Both the position numbers and the translations under genes were made by a program. From assembly GCA_051362555.1 (NCBI GenBank), contig CM120648.1, positions 101,721 to 165,720 of the forward strand: a DNA stretch of 64,000 nucleotides, given 5' to 3'. Under the pieces are notes generated by a model that was not told the DNA's origin, did not search any database, and worked only from the letters and a program-made list of their open reading frames with translations. Shown one piece after another: positions 13,958 through 25,149 of the stretch; position 1 is the stretch's first letter; each line of letters opens with the position of its first letter. The DNA comes from Lingula anatina. Its lineage: Eukaryota > Animalia > Brachiopoda.

Positions 13958-15900
13958 GATTCAGATTCAGATTCAGATTCTTTATTGACAAACACCTTCA
14001 CATAAAGGTACAATCAATTACAATACGATACTAGTGGCTAGAACATAGAACAGACAAATAAATAGATAAATAAATATATATATATACACATATAGATTAG
14101 CAATTGTTGAAATCAGTGACTGTACACATGTATACGAATGTCGCATTCCATAATCAATTTACCAGGTTTGATCTACACGCCCAGTCTCTGCTGACAGCGC
14201 ATAACGGGTCTCACACTGGTACTATGATCTGGTTTGGACATGCGCAGAAAGACTTATTCTCTTCTCCATGCATTTCTGTACGAATATGAGGAGGGGCGTA
14301 ATCACATCCATTTCTTTTGTATTCATGATGTGTATAAACATATCCGGGGGAGAGAGGGCATTAGTATTACATAGGAAACTTATATTTTCGTAGAAAGCCG
14401 CCCGTAGTTCCTTATAGGCCTCGCATTTCAGAATAAAATGTACTTCGTCTTCAACCTCTCCGGAATTACAGACTTGACATAATCTTAGATGGGGCGGGGT
14501 TGGGGGTTTACTGTACCTCCCCTTCTCAATATAGAGTGAGTGAGCGCTGATTCTTAGTTTGCAGAATGTAGCCCTCCGTGCTTTATCAAAGGTCAGAACA
14601 TAATTTTCGGTCTTAAAATCCTTCTTAAATTTTGTATATGTTCTAAGTTTGCTACTTTCCTTAATTGCCTCCCCCCATTGCAGGTCATACACTTTCTCGA
14701 GAGAGGCCCGGATATTTTTTGTTGAGACATTAATCGGTTTGGCTAATGGTCTATCCCAACACTCGACTTCACCACTAATTTGGAGTATTTGCTTTATGCC
14801 AAGGGACCAGGCACCACCTTTACTTTCAAATCTGTCTGTGTCGAGGGCTAAGGTGGCCAGGGATTCTTTACCCATAAAGTTAAGCTTATTGAGGTGAAAC
14901 CAGTATTTTGTTGCCAGGGCAAGCATATGAATTAACACTGGATAGCTTCCTAATTCGCCTCTGGTTGCTAGATTAGATGCCTTCCTGTGGACCCCCAGTA
15001 TTGTTTTACAGGCTTTAATGTGGACTTCTTCAGCCGGTGGTCTGTCACACCTTTCCAGGAGGTTATTCATGCTAGACTTAAGGATTAAAGGGGCCCATAT
15101 TTCACAGCCGTAGCTAAGTATAGGGAGTATAAGCGTGGAAAAAAGTTTACGGGCAATTGACGCTGGGCTAGAAAACAGCTGGTGGCGGATTTTAAAAAAT
15201 GCTTTTTGTGCTTTGACTTTCAGTACTTCCATCGCTTTATTGAATTTTCCTGAAGGTGTGAATACCAAACCTAAGTAGCAATATTCTGAGCATATTTCTA
15301 TTTTTTCGGCTCCTAGAAAGAAGGTTAGGTTATTCAGTAAGCGGCCAGGTTTGTTAAAAATCATAATTTTTGTTTTTTGGACATTTACTATCAGCTTCCA
15401 GGTTTTACAGTATTCCGCCAAACTATTGAGGGCAGCCTGAAGTCCATCCGGGCTCTCTGATACTAGTACGAGGTCATCCGCGTACATTAAACAACTAAGA
15501 GGTTTATCCCTAAGGTGAACAGGGTTGTATTTTTCATTGTTGCTGAACAGGTCGGGAATGTCCCTAATAAAAATGTTAAACAGTAAGGGACTGAGGACGC
15601 AGCCCTGTTTGACACCTACACTTGTATTGATGACGTTTGTCAGTCCCCCTGGTGTTTTTACAGTAAACTGGACAGATTTATACATATTACTTATTATATT
15701 TAGAAAGAGATTTCCTACCCCTGCCAGCTGTAGTTTATATAATAAGGCATTTCTCCATACTGTATCGTAGGCGCTTGAAAAATCTACGAAACATACATAT
15801 AGTTTATTTTTATCCATTTTATTTAGGTATTTATCGATGAGAGATTTGAGTACTAGCATATGGTCGACTGTACGTGCCCCTCTTTTAAAGCCGATTTGAG
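13958..15900 (-). mobile_element. 5'-truncated non-LTR retrotransposon (LINE; RTE-X-like or CR1/L2-group, clade not resolved)
   Basis: RT-encoding ORF, a 3' UTR, AATAAA immediately followed by a (GAATCT)n tail ending ~13958. No endonuclease domain and no clear TSD. Confidence 0.9.
14222..15900 (-). pseudogene. LINE ORF2 fragment: reverse transcriptase plus C-terminal CCHC-type zinc finger
   Basis: QIGF..., CFVDFSSAYDTV, GVKQGCVLSPLLFNIF, YADD, YCYLG and LCQVC...EDEVHFILKC. There are no stops or frameshifts over ~558 codons. The first ~30 aa of the ORF-track protein come from flanking DNA. Confidence 0.9.
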
Positions 15901-16108
15901 AAGTGTACACCAGCGCCGTCTGGTGATGGACTAGATAACCACAGCCACCTGCAGAAGTTAGGAGCAAGACATCCATCATACATTCTGCCATCAGAGTAAT
16001 ACAGTTGACAAGCCAAAGAGGGGCGATTTACCAGTTTGAAAATTAACATTGCAATTGTGGTTATCAGCTTGCAAAATATACTGTTGCTGCGTTGGAAATA
16101 CATTTTTA

Positions 16109-16134
16109 AGAGAGAGAGAGAGAGAGAGAGGAGA

Positions 16135-16180
<46 letters not shown>
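16109..16180. repeat. (GA)n-(TA)n compound microsatellite
   Basis: Read directly from the sequence. Confidence 0.95.
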
Positions 16181-16183
<3 letters not shown>

Positions 16184-16587
16184 ATCAATACACTGAAAAC
16201 TGTTGCGATCAGTTTTAAAGCAAGCTCTTGCCTTATTTTCAAACTCTGTTAAGAGGGTTATAACCTCAGACAACCTAAGCGCCACCAGAACATTGAACAT
16301 TACTCACCAAACAGGTCAAATTTAGCGCTGTCTTTCCTAAGTTTTGTTGTTATGTCTACCCTGATTAGATGGTTTATTTTAACCTCAATCTTATTTATTG
16401 ATTGAAGTAAAGTTAGCCCTAAGTTAAGATATAGGTGGAATACATGTTGTCTTGCAATGTGGACTTATTAAATGTATCTTCTCTTAAATCAAATATTACT
16501 CTAATAAAGAAAGAGAAAGCGAAGTAATCTCGACAACATCTTAGCCAATCATATTGCGCGTAACATAACCTAGTGGTTTGTTTACAA

Positions 16588-19500
16588 ATGGCGGAGGACA
16601 CGAGGGAGGCGGGGGCATTTCCTGCTCTACGCATTTCACAGGTAATGCATCCAATATTGAGTTTATCTTTCTAGAGGACTTGCACATATATAAAAGTTGT
16701 TCTCAAGCACTTTTATCTGCTTGTCGTTAATGTTTGCCGAATTTTGAATTTAACCTACACCTTGTTATTGCCAATGCGAACAGTAAACAACACGAACTAC
16801 AGTATGTGGCACTGCTAAGAAGTTTACTTCTCTTATTCTCGTCTGTTTCAATAAAATCAGACGTCATTTGTGAAACAGACACCTGTTTGCAATTCTGCCA
16901 TGATAATTTGTAATGCAGCCTGTCGATTATCATGCATGTGTTACTTAATTCAGATATCTTGAAGCCACAGCTTATGTACTTAGTCTAGTATTAAGTTTGT
17001 GTTGGAGGGGACAGGTTGCTGTGGGAGGTATAAAAGGTCTGCTGCATGAAGCTAGACTTATTATTGTCAAAACTGATGAAAATAGGCTGTGTGTCACAGA
17101 TTGTGCAGTGTTTGTTTGGTTTCAACTGACTGAGTACTCAGTTCCAAATATTTCCTTCTCTGAATTTTACTGAAAACTATACAAAGCTCTCTCAAAAAAT
17201 CTAGCTTTTAAAACGGTAAATGTACAGCTTATAGATCAATTCATAGTTCAGTGACTTGTTAATGATAAAAATATTTTTGTATTATTTCAGTTGGATGCCT
17301 CTGAGCTGGATCATGAAGTTCACTCTATTTTCAAAACTCAGCTCCTCAAGGCATTCAGATATTTCTCAGTAAGTTGAAAGTATTTTTTAAGAAATAATCT
17401 GGATTTGGAAGAAAATGAAGTTTGTTTGTCAAAACTCTTATTTGAAATCTATCTTTTGCTGATTTTACATGTAGTTTTATCTTTCAATATTTTAAAAGTT
17501 AACATTATGTTCATGTACATTTTATTTTGCATTGGACTATGTATATTTGAAAAACTTTTTATTTTATTTTGGCATTTTAGTAGATAATAATTACTGTAAT
17601 CAAACTTGATGCATGTCAGAATATCAAAGATTGTTCCTTTACACATTTCAGCCAGGGTTGCTGACTAAAATTGAACCAGAAATAAATGCCACATTGAGAT
17701 TGTTAGTTTGGAAGGTAAGTGTGACAACAAGTGTGTCTTCTATATTGAAGGGTGTCCTTTACAATACATTTCATTTATGTGTTCAGCAAAAAAATGAAAT
17801 TGCCTTACTATTAAAAAATGCTGATAACATCCCTTCTAAGTCAACTGAAACAGAGAATATCAAACCTGAAGCATTTCCACCTCGAGTCAAGTGCACTTTT
17901 GCAGAGAAAAAAATCCTTTGTCAATCAGAAAAAAAAAAGCTGATAGTCTTTTAGCGGGGCACTGTAATTAAAGGAACTACAGTAGGAAGCCAGAATGTAA
18001 TTCAACCAACTTAACATGCCCAGCTACTTTTCAATTAAAAAGAAATGATAAGTGATGATAAATCTAAAAATTTCAAACATTCCACAGCAAATTACACTCC
18101 ACATAAAACAGTGCCGGAAATTAACACAGTGTGATTTTTCCCTTTTCACAGCAATTCAGTGCATTATTTCCTTGAATCAAAGCACGCTAAACATACCTCG
18201 TAGTCAAACTCATAAGATGACATTCGGTGCACTTTAGATGTTTTTGTCACCTGATGACTACTTGTAGTCAGGGATGAGAGGAGATTCAGCCCAGCCTTTT
18301 CCTCTGTAAAAGAAGATGCTGATGGACTCCGCTGAAATGTTATACAGGGTGGTATGCAGTATGTGAAGCTAACATGTGTAGCCAACAAACTGTCAAATGT
18401 ATTTTCAAAATTTGAGCTTTTATACAATGCAATATTTAGCACCTTAGAGTGAGTCATAAATGTAATAACACTTAACACATTCACTCATCCAACACAATGT
18501 GGAATCTTACCCATTGTCACAACTAACACACTGTTACATCCTACAGATCACCCAACACAATTTGGAACCATTCTCAGAGTCACAACTAATGCAATCATGC
18601 CAATGTTACATCTAATGGATTGTGTTCCCCAATGCTGTCTATTAAACAAACATATGGAATTCTGACACACCAAGTATAAGCTGTTTCGTCTCCCACACTG
18701 TGACAGCAAACTCATTCAGACAATTATTTGATAACTGCTGATGTTGACACAACCATAATTTAGAACATAAGTGATTTGCTGTTATAAAACAAATACATGG
18801 GGGTGCTATAAATTAGATAAAAGTTTTGGCCCATCTTTCTTCCTTCCTTAATCTCTCATTTTTAAAAAACAATTTTCTTGAGTTTTTATTATTGTGATGT
18901 GTATGTCATTAGTCTCTTGTCAATGAGTATTTTTCGATTGTAGACAAATATCTACTGGTAATTTTTTTCATAAAGATAATGTAAAGTTGGATAGTATGAT
19001 AAAGTATAGCCTTAGCCATTATTAGGTTTCTGTAACATTTGACAAAAATTTCACATGCCATCATGACCCAAATTAGCAACCTCTTTGCCTGCTTGCACCC
19101 ATAATTTATCGCTACAGCAGAAAACCAGGCAATTGTAAACAATTGAAAATTATGCTGCAATAGTAAGAATTGTATGTGATCCGGCGAGACCCAAGCTCAT
19201 TAATATTCCTTAACATGTCCCCTGCTGAGGAGGGAATACAACAAACAACTGTATGATATACCAATTAAATCCTGAACAAGTGTGCTAGTTTCAGTAAAAA
19301 GGTGCTGTGTATGTTATTGTTTTTTTAGTGGAAAAAAATTTGTAGAAATGGTGGGCATTTGTAGATATTTATTTTAGAAAGGTGATACTTATATTGTTGT
19401 AATTTTTTCAGCACTGAATGTTTGTACATTTGGTAGAAAAGTGCTGCGTTTTTTCAGTACTTTTCATGAAAAAAAAAAGACCAAAAGAAAATGTTGAAAT

Positions 19501-22500
19501 ATGTAAACATTCTGTTTAATACTTTCAGTTGGATAGTGTTACTCAAAAATATTGTTGACATGCAAAGCCATGTTCTTTTTCTTCCTCTTATTATTATTAA
19601 GCAGTAACAAATATATGACTGTATATTGTTCCACTTGAATCTATAACATGATTTTTATACCTGGTTCAACATTTTTCATCAACAGGAAATTCCTGGAGTA
19701 CACATACAGCCCCTAAATCTTACCTCTATCAGCCCTTCCAAGTACCCACTGTCCCCTGGATCCATTGTTTTCTAAGAAGTTTATTCCTAGGAAATATCAG
19801 CTATTTATCTGTTATTCTGGGTGACAGGTGCCTGGAAATTTGACAGTGTTGACGGTTGCAGTGTCAGCTGGGATTACAGCTACGTGAAAGTGTTACCTTT
19901 TATCTTTTTTTCCCTCAAGGATCTGATCCTTAAGGTTTAAGTCAGCCAGTTAAGTGTGTTTGCTTGGCTGTATTCTTGGCCAAATGTCTCTAGATGTGAC
20001 ACGTTGTTAAGACGGCTGTCAACTGTGATGTCGCAGTGTCACAAAGATGTCAGTTTCGTCACTTGATCAGTAGAGGTTCAGAGCCAGCAGCTGCTGCTGA
20101 TTGCAGTCTGGCACCTTTCCACAAGCTCCTGGGAGGTTGTCTGGAAAATAAGGTGCAAGGTTTGAACCCTGTTCCAGAGACTGAAGTCAGCTGATGACTG
20201 TACACAAACCTTGGGAGAGCGTATCGAAGTTAGCTACCACTTCCTGTGCCTTGCGTAGCAATAACACACTGTAATACCTGGGAAATCTTTGATAAACCTA
20301 TTGATTGTTACATTAGCCCTGCCATTGTGTTCACACACAGTGCAGGCAGCAACAATGCCTCATTGCTTATATTTCAATTATGTTTTAAGAGGCAGATTGT
20401 GTTTTATTCAATGGCAGCTGCTGATTTGTTTGTTGCTGGGTGTTTTTCTCATTAAGTGGAGCGTGTACATTAAACTACAGGTCCATGCAAACCGGGACCA
20501 TTGACTTAAGACCTTTATGCTGGGGATTTAAATCAGTCTACCCTGCCAAGTTCAATTATTATAATTTTATTTTTCTTCTACAAGTGCTGTAATATAACTT
20601 AATATGCAGGGCTGTTGTAAGGTTAAATCTCAGGATTAATGATGTGTCCTTTTTACTTTTTTTCAAGTACTAGTAAAAGTAATTTGACAGTTTGAATTCT
20701 GATATGAGTCCAGTAAAAAGGCTTCCTTATCGTAAATCTGGATCCTTAGATACGGATTTCATACATAATATTACATTGTGGATTATATGTTATGTAGTCA
20801 TACTAACAGACCCATGCAATGAAACTTGACAGGCGTCTGCCTCAAGTTCACACTAAGTAAAGTTTAACATTCTGCTGCTGTCTGATATTTAAAGGACACT
20901 GGCCCTAAAAAGGGGGAAGAGAAGGAGAAAGAAGACTTAATGACATTCTTTTGGGAAACCATTTTAATGGCAGTTTTTAAATTGCTTACAATACCTTGAT
21001 TGATTAAAATTGTCTGTGTAAAATGCAAATAATCACTTCCGAAAATAATTAATATGACATCTAATTGTTTTTGTGTTAAGATCTATGATTATTTTCTGGA
21101 TTATTTAATAAAAACGATGAATGTTGTCTGCAAGTAGTACAGAGTCCTGTTCTACACATAAAAATGGTAGAACTAATCATGTGAGACTATTTTCTACACA
21201 AAATGAATTGTACAATTTAAAGTTAAAGTGCTGTATCTGTGTAGTAGAGAGAACTTTGCAGAGGAATGTTGTTTTTTTTAAATAATAATTTGTTTATTTT
21301 TCTATTTCAGTTTTCTCTGAATGCTGTTGAAGCTACAATAGGACAACAGATGTTAGGTCTGAGATACAAGGATGATACAGGCAGTTCCAGATGCGTCAGG
21401 TGGATATCCAGAAAGCAGAGGATATGGTATGCTGTCCTCACTGTGGGGGGACCTTGGTTGAAGGAGAGATCACATGACTTGTCAAAAATGACACAAAATA
21501 TCAGGCATATTGACAAGGTAGGATTACTGCTAGGGTTGTGTGATTTTAACATTATCATTGGGCAGATGCCCCGAGTTTCAAGCAGAGTTTTACTGGCAAT
21601 TACTCTATATAACCAACTTGCCTCTATTTTTACTCTGACGTAAAATTGCTGACTATAAAGGTCTTTTTCAATTCAACTCCGAGATTCTGGGTGTCTGTCT
21701 AATATTTTAATATGCAAAGTATAGTTGTCGTTATATTTTTATCCTTTACTGTTAAAACAGTAAAGGATAAAAATATAACGACAACTATACTTTGTTTGCT
21801 TTATATAGGGATGTGGATTTTATTTGCAGGCAGAATTAACAAATTCATCATTTCTAATTGAATCTCTTCTAAAGTGTATACTGTATTGATTAGTCTGCCT
21901 GTCTTTCTCTCTTTCTTGCTTATGCAAATGTCTGCATCTACATGTATATTCATGTAACTATGTAAATTTTTCTTTAACACAACATTTCAGTTCTGGAAGC
22001 TGTTAGACTGGCTCAGTGACCTGTGGAAAATTGCCACACTTGCAAACTTTCTCATCTTCCTACAGAAAGGACGCTATCAAAAGCTGATAGAGAGAATTCT
22101 GGGAATTCAGGCAGTATTTCCCAGAATGCAAGAGGCTCGGCAGGTGTGTTCAGCTTACTGGAGAATGTTGGCACAAAAACAGTTTTGAATGTTTGCAGGG
22201 CATAAATTGATTTTTTTGATACCCATCAAAATGCATATTGCCACATTGGTTTGTGTTTGATTGTTAATTTTTGAATGTTTTGATAATTTAGTATAGACAA
22301 TGTCATCTTACGTTGAAAAATATGTTTTCAGGTCAGCTTTGACTACATGAGCAGAGAATTGCTATGGCATGGATTTGCAGTAAGTTTTAACTTTTTTTTT
22401 TTTTTTGTTATTTAGTAATTAATATTGATTCCTTTGCCCTCTTCCTCAGTCAGCGGAAAGCTTTAATTAGTTTTTGATTTACAGTGTAAATTTACCTTCA

Positions 22501-23911
22501 GAACATTTCTGGTCAGGGACATTTTTTTTTTTTTTTGCTTATGTGATAACATTTTTAATAAATAGATAATAGCATAATATTGCTTCTTATAAACCAAGTA
22601 TTTTAGTTGATGAATATTTAATATTTGCAAAGGTTGTGAAAACTGATAAAATACCAGATGCACTTAAAACATCTTTGCGTATTTATAATTATCACTTTCT
22701 CTTTCTTCACTTCCAGGAGTTTTTATTCTTTATGCTCCCTCTCATCAACTTCAGAAAACTTAAAAATGCTACATTAAGGCTCCTGTTAAGCCGGCCCAGC
22801 CCTGGGGAGCCCTGTGGTCAACCCAGGTGTCCAGCAGATTACAAGGAGTGTGTGATATGTGGACACTGGCCTAACAACCCACACCAGTTAGGATGTAGAC
22901 ATGTGTTCTGTTATTATTGTATACAGGTATGTATTTATATTGTATATGTAGACACTAACAACCCACACCAGTTAGGATGTAGACATATTTGGCAATTCCA
23001 TTTGAATTCGAACTAATTTGATATGTGGTATTTCCTTGAAAAAGGTCAAATGCAATTTTGTGATAAATCTTATGAAAACCAAGTTGACCTCAAAGATTTT
23101 TTTTTTGCAATTCACTGAATATAATATTTGAATATTGAACTTATAACATATTTTGAGGATCAGTCATATTAATGAAAGTATTTTGTATCATGTAAGGTCA
23201 TGATATTTTTTCTCTTACATTTTTCTGAATCATAAATCCATTCCCAGCTATCAAAGGGCTTTCTGCTTTGTCAAATGTTTACATTTACCTTATTTCAGAG
23301 TAATGTGATGGCTGACCAGTCTTACTCCTGTCCTGTATGTGATGGACTTCCTGTTTTATTAATATAGTTTATCAAATGTTAACATTTACCTTATTCCAGA
23401 GTAATGTGATGGCTGACCAGTCTTACTCCTGTCCTGTATGTGATGGACTTCCTGTTTTATTAATAAAGTTTATCAAATGTTAACATTTACCTTATTCCAG
23501 AGTAATGTGATGGCTGACCAGTCTTACTCCTGTCCTGTATGCGATGGACTTCCTGTTTTATTGATAAAGTTTATCAAATGTTAACATTTACCTTATTTCA
23601 GAGTAATGTGATGGCTGACCAGTCTTACTCCTGTCCTGTATGCGATGGACTTCCTGTTTTATTGATAAAGTTTATCAAATGTTAACATTTACCTTATTTC
23701 AGAGTAATGTGATGGCTGACCAGTCTTACTCCTGTCCTGTATGCGATGGACTTCCTGTTTTATTAATATAGTTTATCAAATGTTTACATTTACCTTATTC
23801 CAGAGTAATGTGATGGCTGACCAGTCTTACTCCTGTCCTGTATGTGGGCAGTGTGTGGAGGAGGAAAGTGGCATCCAACCAGTAAGAATCGGGGTTACAA
23901 AGGACTTGTAG
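16588..23911 (+). CDS. PEX2: Peroxisome biogenesis factor 2 (RING peroxin), ~306 aa, 8 coding exons
   Basis: Exons 16588-16641, 17291-17368, 17652-17714, 21311-21517, 21991-22143, 22332-22379, 22717-22926, 23804-23911, all GT-AG and all phase 0. Motifs LRISQLDA, PGLL..IEPE, ATIGQ, NFLIFLQKG, FDYMSRELLWHGFAEFL and RING CVICGHWP...GCRHVFCYYC...CPVC. Confidence 0.95.
21715..21794. repeat. Perfect 39-bp inverted repeat with 2-nt spacer (PEX2 intron 4)
   Basis: caaagtatagttgtcgttatatttttatcctttactgtt-aa-aacagtaaaggataaaaatataacgacaactatactttg. Confidence 0.9.
23267..23846 (+). repeat. 101-bp tandem array containing six copies of the PEX2 last-exon acceptor plus ~43 nt of exon
   Basis: AG|AGTAATGTGATGGCTGAC... 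with exon-like starts at 23299, 23400, 23501, 23602, 23703 and 23804. Copies differ by a few SNPs. Confidence 0.95.
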
Positions 23912-24862
23912 CCAATAAGAAAATGAGAAACATTATATGCAGAAAACATTGACTGAAGCTAAGAAATCAACCTAGTTGGATGTGACAATAGCCCATGAAG
24001 CATCAAATCTGCTTCTGACCAGTGATATTAAGTATTCTTTAAACATTCAGATAGATTCTTTTTCCTTGTTCTTGGGAGATGTCGACAGTGAGATGTGGAT
24101 TTTGTGAAACACTACTCTTAAGCAAAAAGTCATTTATGTAAGAGAGGACTTGTTAATTGTGAGGAAGTGCTATCCTGGGGAGTTGAATATTGTGCCAAAT
24201 TAAAGTGGTTATTAAATCAGCCACTTTCAATTCTTCATAAATTAAAATGTTATTTTCCTAAATAAGTTGTTATGCATCTTATTTGTTACATTACTTATGT
24301 AAGAAAACATGAAAAAATACAGACTTTAATAAAAGTAATGTTCACAAACTGTGGATATTCCATTATTTTTATTAACATGGTCATAGCAACAAAAGTATAC
24401 AGCTAGTCTACGTTTTACTTCTAATGATACAATTCTACAACTTGATAAGTTGCCAGCATAATGTACAGCAAAAATGACTAGAGACAGGTGGCAAATTCAT
24501 CTTTAAGACAAAGTGAACAATTTTTATGTCCACCTTCTGGCAAGAAATGGAGATGATTACACACAAAGACACAGACACACACACACACACACACACACAG
24601 GTACATACACACCTACGGACACACGTACATACAAACATGTGCATGAAGAAACACACCTACACACAATTCCATCTTATCATTTCACTGGTGCTCTACATTT
24701 TCCTTTTATATTCAATGTAATTGCATAACAGTAAATAGTAATAGGACAGCTGCAGGTATAATGCACACTACATTTAACATATTGAAAAGGCCAACAAACA
24801 TTTTCAGTTCTGGTCATCACTTCATCCACCTGATCCTAAATTTAGTTGCTCTAAACAGTACC

Positions 24863-24992
24863 TAGCACGAAAATTCATGCGTTAGCAATCCTATTGATGA
24901 TTCTGATATGTACTGTCTGTGCTAACGCGTTACCACAGACAGTACATATCAGAATCGTCAATAGGAGTGCTAACACATGAATTTTTGTGCTA
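24863..24992. mobile_element. 130-bp fold-back MITE with 9-bp TSD, in the probable MAD2L2 3' UTR
   Basis: Almost wholly self-complementary (tagcac...gtgcta, ~59-bp imperfect arms). AACAGTACC at 24854-24862 and 24993-25001. Confidence 0.85.
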
Positions 24993-25149
24993 AACAGTAC
25001 CATGACAATGAAGACTCACTTGGCAGCAGATACATTTTAGTTTACTCAGAAATCAAAGTGAATCTTCAGTATCTTACATATAAGCAGCCCATAGTGCAAA
25101 GACATTGGAGTTTATCATAGATAAATATTCCATCTGTTTTAGACAAGCT

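Noticed and set aside
15900-15991. N-terminal 30 aa of the 589-aa ORF as part of the LINE protein
   Set aside because: RT similarity starts at QIGF (~15898). The upstream part is flanking DNA that happens to be in frame.
19690-20260. GC-richer block in PEX2 intron 3, possibly a nested exon or decayed transposon
   Set aside because: No sustained ORF, recognisable motif or termini.
23267-23846. Regularly spaced arrays (here and at 33525, 48556, 54843) as CRISPR-like loci
   Set aside because: Whole units repeat with no unique spacers, there are no cas genes, and the context is eukaryotic introns.
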